Assembly: GCA_014905635.1 (NCBI GenBank)
Contig: JABVCE010000011.1
Location: 1,116,001 to 1,180,000, forward strand
Length of the DNA stretch: 64,000 nt
Direction: 5' to 3'
Source: Scenedesmus sp. PABB004
Lineage: Eukaryota
Shown: positions 26,498-37,057 of the stretch, one piece after another
How the letters are laid out: the number at the start of each line of letters is the position of its first letter
Position numbering within the stretch: position 1 is the first letter of the stretch
Notes under the pieces: model-generated
The model's database searches: none
Told to the model about the DNA's origin: nothing
The model's input: only the letters and a program-made list of their open reading frames with translations
Program-made: the position numbers and the translations under genes

Positions 26498-27552
26498 ATG
26501 CGACGCGCCAGCGCCCTGCTGGCCCGCGCCGCCGCGCGGGCGGCGTGCGGCCCCGCCGCCGCCGCCGAGCGCCAGGCGCTCGCGGCCGGCGCCGCCGCGG
26601 CCGCGCGCGGCCTCGCGGCCGGGCCGCGCTTCGCGCCCGGCCGGCGGTTCAGCAGCGGCGAGGAGCACGGAGGCTTTGGCGGCGAGGAATGGGCCGAGCT
26701 TGTATCCTACCCCCCTCCCCGGGCGTTCGTGGGCCAGGCGGCGCCCGATTTTGAGGCCCCAGGTGGGGACGAAGATCGCGGGCGGTGCCGCGCGCCCTGC
26801 TGCGCCCGGCGGCGCCCGGCCGCGCCCGGCGGCGCCGCGCGCGGCAGCGCCGCTGCTGACGAGGCCCGGCCGGCCAGCGCCGCGGCCCCCCTGCGGCGCG
26901 CGGCTCCCCCAGGGCGGCGCTGCCGCGGCGGGGGGCGCTGGGGCGGGCCGCGCCGCCGCCGGCAGCTGGCGCGCGCGGCTGCGGGCGCGCGCGGCAGCAG
27001 CGCCTGCCGGCGCGCCGCCCATGCTCCGCCGCGGCCGCCGCCGCGCCGCCGCGCAGCGGTGGTTGACGGCGAGATCCGCAACATCAGCCTCTCCGACTAC
27101 CGGGGCAAGTACGTGGTGCTCTTCTTCTACCCAAAGGTGCGGTGCGCGGGACGGGGCGGCAGCGACGACGCGGGGCGCGGGCGGGGGGCAGCGACGGGGC
27201 GCGTGCGGGGGCGCGGTGCGCGGCGACGGGGCGTGCGGCGTGGGCGGCGCGGCGCCGAGCCCGGCGCGGCGTGCGGCCCGCGCCCGCTTTTCGCGCAGGA
27301 CTTTACGTTTGTGTGCCCCACCGAGATCATCGCCTTCAGCGACCGCGCCAAGGAGTTTGAGGCGCTCGACTGCCAGGCGCGCGCGCGCCCGCCGCCGGGC
27401 CAGCACCAGCTCCAGCGCCCGCGCGCCGCCGGCGCGCCGGGGACGGGGGCTCTCACCGCCCGCGCGCCGCCGCGCCGCGCCGCCGCAGGTGATCGCCGCG
27501 AGCACCGACACGGAGGAGTGCCACCTCGCCTGGATCAAGTGCGCGCGCCGCC

Positions 27553-27607
<55 letters not shown>

Positions 27608-28051
27608 TGCCCCTCGTACGCCTCACGCCACGTGACCGCGCGCCTCACGCCGCCGCCGCGCGCGCGCGCCCGTGCTCTCGCAGGACGCCCCGCAGCCGCG
27701 GCGGGCTGGGCTACATGCAGATACCCATCGTGGCAGACACCACCAAGGCGCGACGCGCGCCCTGTGCCGCCGCGCCGCTCGCGCCGCCCGCGCCGCCCGC
27801 GCCGCCCGCGCCGCCCGCTGCCGCCCCTCGCCGCCTCTGCTCCTCGCCGCAGCCGCGCCCCCCCCCCCCCCCACCACGCCCACAACGCCACAACGCCCGC
27901 CGCGGCCCGCCCCCGGCGTCGGGCGCAGGTCATCTCGTCGCGCTACGGCGTGCTGCTGGAGAAGGCTGGCATCGCGCTGCGCGGCCTCTTTGTGATCAAC
28001 CCCGAGGGCATCATCCAGCAGATCACCATCAACGACCTGGTGCGACACACA

Positions 28052-28146
<95 letters not shown>

Positions 28147-29311
28147 ACAGACAGACAGACAGCGCGGCCGGCGCGGCCGCGGCCGCGCGCGGGAGCGCGC
28201 GCGCGTCTGAGACCGCGCGCCGCGTGCGCCGCCGTCGCCGCCGCGCGCCGCAGCCGATCGGGCGCAGCGTGGAGGAGACGCTGCGCCTGGTGCAGGCGAT
28301 CCAGTTCCACGCCAAGTACGGCGAGGTGCGGCCCGCCGCCCGCCCGCGCGCCCGCCCGCCCGCGGCGCTGTCGGGCGCGCGCGCGCCAGCCGCGCGACTC
28401 CCCGGTGGCGGCGGCGTGGCGCTGGCGTGCGGCTGACGCGCGCCCGGCGCAGGTGTGCCCGGCCAACTGGAAGCCCGGCGACAAGACCATCATCGCCGAC
28501 CCCGACCGCTCGCTCGAGTACTTTGAGGCGGCCAACAAGGCGCGGCGCGCGGCGCGGCGCGCCGGCTGCGCTGCTCCGGACCCGCGGTGGCGCCGGCGCG
28601 CCGCCGCGGGGGGCCCACGCGTGCCTCGCGCCGCGCGCGCCGCGCAGGACGCGGCGGCCGGCGGCGAGGAGTTTGGCGCGGGGCTCACGCCGATTAACAG
28701 CCGGCGCGAGTTTGAGGCGCTCGTGTCGGGCCCCGCGCCGGTCGTGGTCGACTTCATGGCGCCCTGGTGCGGCAAGTGCCGCATGATCGCACCGTTTGTG
28801 GACGAGCTCGCGGCGAAGCACCCCGACATGGCGCGCGGCGCCGCGGCGCGGGGGCAGCGGCGGCGGGGACAGCGGCGGCAGAGCCCACGCGGCTCGCCCC
28901 GCGGCGGCGCCGGCGGCCGACGCGCGCCCCGCCGTTGCCGCGCACACCGCAGGTGTTTGCCAAGTTTGACACGAGCCTGGAGCAGCTGGAGCCGCTGAGC
29001 GCGGAGCTCAACGTCAAGGCGCTGCCCGTCTTCCGCTTCTTCAAGGTCCGGCGGAGGGTTTAGGAGGGTTTAGGCCGCAAAGCCCTCCGGCGCCGGGCGC
29101 CGGGCCGCGGGTTTGCCGCCCGCGGGGCGCCGCCGCCCGCGCGGCGCGGCGCCGCTGGGCTCGTGTGCGGCGTGCCGACGGCCGGCCCCCGCCGCCGCCG
29201 CCGCCGCCGCCGTTGCTGCAGGGCGGGGAGGAGGTCGTGCCGGAGGTGGTCGGCTACAAGAAGAAGCCGCTCGAGGCGGCGGTGGAGCGGCTGGCCGCGG
29301 CGGCGCGGTGA
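26498..29311 (+). CDS. PRX: Typical 2-Cys peroxiredoxin fused to a C-terminal thioredoxin domain, with mitochondrial-type presequence; 11 exons
   Basis: [26 protein letters not shown] and EYF are followed without a stop by [18 protein letters not shown]...[11 protein letters not shown]...VVGYKK. Confidence 0.93.
28045..28160. repeat. (CA)n microsatellite in a Prx intron
   Basis: About 115 bp of near-perfect CA repeat. Confidence 0.95.
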
Positions 29312-29615
29312 GGGTTGGGGGTGTTGCGCTGAGCGCGGGCGCCTGGAGGGGGTCGGGGTGGAGCGGCGAGCAGTTTTGTGAACGAGGAAGTTCGCCGTGC
29401 GCGGCGCGCCCCTTCGCCTCCCAGCTGCGCCGCGCGTGCTGCTTCCTCCGCGCCGGCTCAGTCGAGTCGATCAGCGTCCCCACGACAGCTCCCCGTACAC
29501 GGCCAGCCACACCGCGCGCCAGGCGCTCGCGCCCAACCCGACCGCAGCTCCCGGCAGCCCGCGCACGCGCGCAGCGTCGTCCCGCGAGCGCGCGCAGCGT
29601 CTGGGGCGGTGAATC

Positions 29616-30577
29616 ATGACGCCCGCCGTCCGCGGGGTGGCGCTGCTGCTCGCGCTCTGCTCGGCCGCGGCGGCAGCGGAGTGCGCCGCTGCTGCCGCCG
29701 CCGGTGCCGGTGCCGCTGCGGCGCAGGCAGGCCGCGGCCTCCAGCAGGCCTCCTCCTCCTCCTCCGCCCGTTCGCTTGACTGCTCCAAGATCCTGGGCTG
29801 CGCCGACTGCAGCCTGCGCAAGGACACGTCGCGGCGCACCGAGCTGGTGTGCACGGCGTGCCTGCGGAACTGGAGGTTGAGGCTGGACGTCTCGCGCTTT
29901 GGAGGGTCCAAGATCTGTGACTGCGCGCCCGGGTTCGGTTTCATCTACAACTCTGACTGCCTGGCCTGCCCCGCCGGCCAGTGGTGCCCCGGCGGCGGGC
30001 CGGCCAACCCCACCAACGCAGCGGCGGACTGCCCCGAGGGCCTCACCACGACCTTTGCCGGCGCCAAGAGCCAGGCGCAGGTGCGGCAGCGGCCGCCGCC
30101 GCAGGCCCGCCCGCGAGCTGGCCAGCCAGGGGCTGGCCGCGAGCTGGCCGCCGGCAGGAGCCGCGCCTCACGCCCGCGCCTCGCGCCCGCGCCCCCGCCG
30201 CGCCGCCGCCGCCGCAGTGCACGACCAAGCCCGGGTACGGGCGTGCCAGCATCCGGTCGCCGAGCGGAGCGGTGTCTGTGGGCGCCGTCCCATGCGAGCC
30301 GGGGACGTACAACGGCGGCCAGAACAGCCAGCAGTGCACGCGGTGCGGCATCGGGCTGACCACGATCGCCGCCGGCTCGGCGAGCGCGGCGCAGTGCGTC
30401 GCGCCGCCCGGGTCGTTCTTTGACGCACGTACGAACACGGCCCTGCGCTGCCCGCGCGGGAGCTACTCGTCGAGTTTCGGCCGCGCGCCGTCGTGCACCG
30501 CCTGCCCGCCCGGCACGACGACCGCGAGCGACGGCGCGGCCACCGCGTCGGCGTGCGTCGCGGGGCTGGCAAACTGA
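29616..30577 (+). CDS. Secreted cysteine-rich protein with GCC2/GCC3 (ephrin-receptor-like) repeats, 2 exons
   Basis: Signal peptide MTPAVRGVALLLALCSA. Repeated units CLACPAGQW, CEPGTY, CPRGSY and CTACPPGTTT...SAC. Intron at 30081-30217. Confidence 0.75.
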
Positions 30578-30761
30578 GGCGGCAGGCAGCGCGCACGCTC
30601 GGCGGACGGGCGTTTGTTACGGTCACACACCCACCGGCGCCGACAGGCCGCAGCGGACACGGCCAGCCAGAGGGGCCGGCGCCGCGCCGCGCGCCAGCCT
30701 CTCTCCGCACCAGGCAGGCAGCGCGCGCTCGGCGCTCAGGGGCTCCCTGCGCCCCCTGCCG

Positions 30762-31346
30762 TCAGTCAAAGCCCGAGAACACGCCGTACTGCCGCGCCAC
30801 GCGCTTCTCCTCCTCGACCGTCGACCTGCCCCGGCTGGCCATGCCGGCCTCGCGCTTGCGCTTCTCTTTGTCGTTCCAGGTCAGCCGCTTCTTCTTCGCC
30901 AGCTCCTCCTTCTCTGCCCGCGCCGCCTCGCGCAGCCGGGCGGCGTGCGCCTGCGCCTTCATCGCGAGCGCCGCCGCCTCCTCGGCCGCGGTCGTCGCGG
31001 CCTCGTGCGTGCGCCGCCGCTCCTCGGCGCTCTCCTCCGCGCCCTCGCCGCTCTTCTGAGCCCGTCCGTCGCCCCACTCCCAGCTCGCCTCGGCGGCCTC
31101 GTCGGGCGGCTTGATGAACAACACACTCGGCCCGCTCGTGTAGCCCTGCGCCTCCAGGTCCGCCAGCGTGATCTTGGCCTTCTTTGCGGCGGGGCCCGGC
31201 CCCGCCGCGGCGGGGCCCGCTGCGCCGCCGCTGGCGCCCGCGGCGTCGCCGGCGCCGGCGCCGCCGCCGGCGCCGCTGCCGCTGCCGCTCGCGTCGCCGG
31301 AGTCCGAGTCCGAGTCGCAGTCCGACAGCGCCTCCAGGGCGTCCAT
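30762..31346 (-). CDS. Conserved small charged protein (C1orf52/UPF0690-like plant family), intronless
   Basis: GYTSGPSVL and C-terminal KEKRKREAGMASRGRSTVEEEKRVARQYGVFSGFD, recalled from plant homologues. An alternative in-frame ATG lies at 31478. Confidence 0.6.
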   Translation of the reverse strand: MDALEALSDCDSDSDSGDASGSGSGAGGGAGAGDAAGASGGAAGPAAAGPGPAAKKAKITLADLEAQGYTSGPSVLFIKPPDEAAEASWEWGDGRAQKSGEGAEESAEERRRTHEAATTAAEEAAALAMKAQAHAARLREAARAEKEELAKKKRLTWNDKEKRKREAGMASRGRSTVEEEKRVARQYGVFSGFD

Positions 31347-31527
31347 GACCGCCCGCTTGGGGCTGGTGCGGGCGCGGCGGCGGCAGCGGGCGGCGCGTGG
31401 GCGGCGCGTGCGAGCCTCTCCGCAGCAGGCCGCGCGCTGCTGCCCGGGACCTCCCCCGCCGCACCCTGGCTTCGACATCGCGCGCCCCTGGCCGTGCCGG
31501 CGCCCGGGCTGCACAGGGCGCGCGGGG

Positions 31528-31528
<1 letters not shown>

Positions 31529-31570
<42 letters not shown>
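31529..31570. repeat. (CTG)n tract between divergent genes
   Basis: Read directly. Confidence 0.9.
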
Positions 31571-31571
<1 letters not shown>

Positions 31572-31850
31572 GAAGTGCCGTGGACGAGGACTGGGCCGAG
31601 CGACGCAGCGTGCGGCTGTGGAGCGGGGTGGCGCCAGCTGGGGGTGCTGCCCTGCAGACGCCGCCGAGCGCGCTCTTTCGCTCGTTGCGACGCGGCTTGC
31701 TGTGCCTGTCAGGCTGCCTGCAGCTGGTTCCCAGCTCTGAGCCACCCGCCCCACACCGCCCAGCCGTCCCCACACGCCCCGCCGCGACCGCTGCCAGCCC
31801 GCGCCGCTCGTGCCGCCGCTCGTGCCGGCGCCGCTCGTGCCGGCGCCGCG

Positions 31851-33606
31851 ATGGCGTCGCTCGCCACCAAGACCATATCCTTCAAAGCACTGTGAGCCGG
31901 GCAATTGCTGGGCACGCGCTGGCCGGCCAGCGGCGCCCGGGAGCGCGGCGAGCCGCTGCGCCGCGCCGCGCGGCCGCCGACCGCGGCGCGCCGCGCGCTG
32001 CCGCCGCACCGCGCAGCCAGCGCTGCCGCAGCACGGTGGAGGACTTTTGCCACACCTACATGCCGCTGCACGGCCTGGACCCGGGCCAGGCGCGCTGGGC
32101 TGACTGGGCCGAGCGGGCCGGCGCGCGGCGCGCGGCGTGCGCCGCGACCGCCCCGCCCGCCGCTGCCGCCCCGCTGCGAAACACGCCGCCGCCGGGCCCG
32201 CCGCCAGGGTCTGTTTGCGCACCTGGACTTGCTGCTGTTCGTGGAGGCCACGATATACCAAATGGACGAGGAGAATGAGGCGCTCTGCGAGGCCGCCGCC
32301 GACGCGCTGGCGGCGCGGCGGCGCAGCGCCGGCGGCGCCGGCAGCAGCGGCAGCAGCAGCGCCAGCGCCGGCGCCGCCGCCCCCACGGGCAGCGGCTCGG
32401 AGGCCGCGGGTGCCGAGCAGCAGGCGCAGCACATCCTCTCAGGTGGGCGCCGGGGGCTGGCGGCGGGCGAGGGGCGCGCGCGCGGGGTCCAGCGCGCCGA
32501 GCCGCGCCCGCGGCGCTCGCAGGGCACGAGGCGCTGCTGCAGGTGCTGGCGCAGCAGCAGCTGCTCGCGGAGCGCGTGCGCCAGGAGCTGGAGGTGGTGC
32601 GTCGCCGGCGCGCGGCGCGCGGCGCGCGGCGCGGCCGGCCCGGCCCGGCCCGCACGCGGCGCGCAGCGCCGCCGTCGTTGCTGCCGCCCGCCGAGCTCGC
32701 CGCCCGGGGCGCTCGCCGCCGCGCGTTGCCGCCGCCGCGCCGCGCAGGGCCAGCGCTACTGGGCGGCCGAGCAGCGGCTGTGCGGCGCGCTCGCGCGCAC
32801 CGCGCCCGGCGCGGCGCCGTCGCTCAGCCTCGACGACGTGCTGTCCACGCACGAGGCCAAGTCGTTCGACTACCGGGTGCGGCGCCGCGCACTCTCCGCG
32901 CGCCCCTGCGGCCGTCGCGGCGGCCGCGCCCCGCCTCCGCGCAGCCGCCTCCTCCGCGACGGCCCCGCCGCGCCGCGCCGCGCGCCAGGTGCTGCACCTG
33001 CTGCTGCACGGCCTGCTCGCGCGGCCGTACGACGAGGCGCTGCTGGGGTTCATGCGGCTCGACGAGATGCTCATTGACATCGGGGACGACCTCACCGACT
33101 ATGAGGATGACGTGATGGCCAACTCGTTCAACATCTACCGCGGTGCGGCCCGGCGGCTGCGCGCCGGCGGCGCGCCGCGGGCGCGGGCAGCGGGGGCCGG
33201 GGGCGGGCGGCAGCGGCGGCGGGGGGCGCGCCGAGCCGTGCCGCGCCGCGCGGCGCGCAGGCTACATCCACCTGTTTGGCCGTGAGGCGCCGATGAAGCT
33301 GGTGCGGCGCGCCGCGCTCGGGCCAGGCCGCGGCGCGCGAGCGCTGCGCTTGCCGCGCCGCGCTGCCGCGACCGGCGGTGGTCCAACCTGTGACGCGGCG
33401 CCGCGCAGATTGAGCGCATCTCGGCGCTCGAGGCGCAGCGCGCGGCCGCGCTCGCGGGCCTGCCGGCGGCGCTGCAGGCGCTGGTGGTCAAGCGCCAGCG
33501 CGACGCAGCGGTGGAGGAGGGCGCCGACCGCTGGACCTTCCCCGACCCCATCCTCGATGAGGCAGCGTTCAGGGCCGAGGTCAAGGCGGCGGAGGCGGCG
33601 GGCTAG
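31851..33606 (+). CDS. Conserved protein of unknown function with a class-I isoprenoid-synthase-like Asp-rich motif, multi-exon
   Basis: Spliced exons give VEDFCHTYMPLHGL, LLFVEATIYQMDEENE, KSFDYRVLHLLL and LIDIGDDLTDYEDDVMANSFNI. The stop is at 33604-33606 and TGTAA lies at 33628. Confidence 0.7.
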
Positions 33607-33639
33607 AGCGCCGGCGGCGGCGGGGGCTGTAAGCGGTGC

Positions 33640-33876
33640 GCCACGACAGAGAGAGAGCGCTCGTGCCGTCCATACAGCGGCCGCGGTGCCGGGGGCTCGC
33701 CGCGCCGCCACCGCGCCGCCGGGCGCGAGCCGCGCCGTTCGAGAGCGGCCGGGGTTCGACGGCCCGCCGCGCCCTGCGCCCCCGCCGCCGCCGGGCGCCC
33801 GCCCGCCCGGCCGTCCCTGCCCGCGCCAGCGCACACACTCCCGGCGCCCGCGCGCCTGGACGGCCTCTGAGGGCGG
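33640..33876 (+). repeat. Dispersed ~235-bp non-coding element, copy 1 (SINE/MITE-like or structured RNA)
   Basis: Matches the reverse complement of 49148-49379 with 9 substitutions and 2 small indels by manual alignment. Confidence 0.9.
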
Positions 33877-33957
33877 GCGGAGCAGCAGCAGCAGCTCAGG
33901 CGGCCACCCCGCGCATGGCCTGAGCTAGAACTCCGCGCTCGCTCGCGGAGCGGTTCG

Positions 33958-35855
33958 ATGGCGCAGCAGCCGCCGGGGCTGCACCGGGTGAAGCTCTACA
34001 AGCTCAACGAGAGCGGGGGCTGGGATGATAAGGGCACCGGTGCGCGCTGGGGCCGCGTGGCCGGCCCGCGGGCCGCGCGGGGGCTGGGGAGCGGCGGTGT
34101 GAGGCCCCTGGGCGCTGCCGTTGCCGCAGGGCTGGTGTCTGTGGGGCCCATGGAGTTCGCCAACCATCAGAGCAACTCTGTCGGCCTCGTGGTCATCGGC
34201 GAGGAGACGCAGAAGATGCTGATGGTGCACCGCATCCTGCACGACGACATATACAACCGCCAAGGTCAGCCGCGCCCGGGCTGGGACGGGGGCGCCCTGA
34301 TTGGGGCGGCCCGCCCTCCCCGCCCGCCCCCGCGCGCCCCCAACGCCGCCACGCGCCCGCAGACGAGACCATCATCACCTGGACCGATCCCGACATCGGC
34401 ACCGACGTGGCGCTGAGCTTCCAGGAGGGCGCGGGCTGCAACACGATTTGGTGCGCCGCCGCTGCTGCTGCCGCGCGCCGCGCCCGCACGCGCGCGTCGC
34501 GCTCACGCAGCGGCCGCGCCGCCGCGCCCTGCAGGCAGCACATCGTGCGGGTGCAGTCGGACGCCGACCCCAAGCACCCAGGTGCGCGCCGCGCCGTGCC
34601 GCCGCGCCTGGCGCGCCCGCCGCGCTCGCTGCGTCGAGCACCCGCCGCAGGGCGCGGCGGGGGCCGGCGGCGCCGCTCGCTCGCGGCAGCCGGGCCGGCT
34701 GAGCGCCCGCCCGCCGCGCCGCGCGCCCGCGCCGCTGCCAGGCGACCGGCGGCGCGTGATCGACGAGTTTGACGGCCCCGTGGGGCACCTCGAGGGTGCG
34801 CGCCGCCGTCCTGCAAGGCCGGGCGCTGCGGGCGCGCGGGCCGGCAGCAGCAGGAGCGGCGGCGGCGGCAGCGGGAGGGGGAGTAGCAGCAGCAGCGGCT
34901 GCAGCAGCAGCGGCGGCAGCAGCAGCGGCGGCAGCAGCGGCAACGGCAGCGCCTGCAGCGGCGACGGCAGCGCCTGCAGCAGCGGCGGCAGCGGCGGCAG
35001 CAGCGGCTGCAGCAGCAGCAGCGGCTGCAGCGGCTACGGCAGCGGCTGTGGCGGCGCGGGGGCGCCTGCAGCAGCAGCAGCAGCGGCGCGTGGTGCCATA
35101 GAGCGACGCGCGCGCCCGCCTGGCACTCGGCGCCGCAGGCGACTACCTGCACCATGAGGTGGAGGGCATGGCCGGCATGGCCGCCGTGGAGCTGCCGCCG
35201 GCGGAGGCGGGCAACATCGAGGAGATTGCCAAGGCGCGGCGCGAGCGCGGGCTGCCCGGGCGGCCGCAGCGGGGGCCGGCGCGCGGGCGGGCAGCGAGAC
35301 AGCAAGGCCAGTGCGGCGGCGGCGGGGCGGCGGCCGACGCGCCGGCCGCGCCCGCGCGGCGCCGCGCCGCAGGTGCTCTCGGCGGTGCCGCCGATGCAGC
35401 GCGAGCGCGTCGCGGCGCTGCTGATGGCGCCCGGCTACCTGCGCAAGCTGCTGGACGTGTTCAGGGTGCGGCGCGCACGCGCACGCGGGGCGGGGGCGGG
35501 CTGCGGCGGCAGCGCCAGTCAGCGCGGGCGGCGCCAGGGGCGGCAGGGCCGGCACCCGGCCGACCCCGCCCGCCCGCACGCCCGCGCTGCGTTGGCGTGC
35601 CGTCGCCGCAGCAATGTGAGGACCTGGAGGACACGGCGAGCCTGCACCACCTGTTCCGCCTCATGCGCAGCATCATCATGCTCAACGACACACAGGTGAC
35701 ACGCGGCACCCCGCGCACGCGGCGCAGCGCCACGCAGCGCGCCGCGCAGCGCCGCCCCCTCGGGCCCCGCTCGTCACTCTCTGCCCTCCCCCTCTCTCCC
35801 TCTCTCCCTCTCTCTCTCTCCCTCTCTCCCTCTCTCCCTCCCTCTCCCTCTCCCT

Positions 35856-35886
<31 letters not shown>

Positions 35887-36991
35887 ACACTCTCACACAC
35901 ACCCGCCCACACACCACACCCCCCCCTCCACCCCAGCTGCTGGACGAGCTGCTCAAGGAGGAGCACGTCATGGACGTCATGGGCGCGCTCGAGTACGACC
36001 CAGACCTCGCGGGCCCGCAGGGCCACCGCGCGTTCCTGCAGACCGCGGTCGTGTTCAAGGAGGTCGTGCCCATCACCAGCGCGGTGCGCGCCGCGCGCGC
36101 GCCCGCTCTCTCTGCGGCGGCGGGCGCTCACGACGCCCGCACACGCCCCCACCCACACGCCCTCACCCATGCTCGCACCCACACCCACCCACCACCCACC
36201 CGCACACCCCACTCCACCCACTCCACCCACCCATCAACGCACCCACTCACACCCACCCACTCACCCACCCGCACTCCCCCCCCTTGCGCCCACCACCCAC
36301 CGCCCTCCCACGGCCGCGCCACGCGCTGCTGCAGGAGGTCGTGTCCAAGATCCACCAGACCTACCGCATCACCTACCTCAAGGACGTCATCCTCCCCCGC
36401 TCCCTCGACGACGCGACGTACGCGACGCTCAGCAGCCTGACGCTCTTCAACAACGTCGACGTCGTGCTGGGCCTCTACGCCGACGAGGCCTTCCTGCCAG
36501 CGGTGCGCGCGCGCGCGCGCTGCCGCGCGGGCTCGTGTGGTGTGAGCGCGGCGCGTGGCCGCGGCGGCGGCGGCGGCACGGCGGCGCGTGTGGCGGCGCG
36601 GGGGGGGGGGGGGGGGGGAGGTTGTGCCCTGATGGGGAGGGGAGGGGAGGGCGAGCCCGGGCGCGGCGGGGCCGCGCTGACACGCGTTGACGCGCCCGCC
36701 GCCGCCGCCTGCGGTCGCGGTCGCAGCTGTTTGACGCGCTCAAGCGCCGCGCGCCCGGCGACGCGGAGTGGGACGACCTCGTCGCGTTCCTGCAGGAGTT
36801 TTGCAGCCTCTCGAAGCACCTGCAGCTGCAGCAGCGCCAGGCGCTCTGGGCCAAGATGACGCAGCTCGGCATGTTTGAGGTGCGGCCGCCGCCGCCCCGC
36901 GCACGCCGCGCCGCCCCGCGCACGCCGCGCCGCCCCGCCGCCGCTCGCTGGCAGCGCCGCCCATGCCGCCGCCCACCCCTCCCCTCCTCTT

Positions 36992-37057
<66 letters not shown>

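Noticed and set aside
22019..28210. 2063-aa ORF
   Set aside because: GC-driven stop-free frame running through three genes and their introns; only short Prx exons in it are real.
33640..33876. Hammerhead ribozyme or true tRNA gene in the repeated element
   Set aside because: No CUGANGA/GAAA core, no complete cloverleaf and no poly-T terminator.
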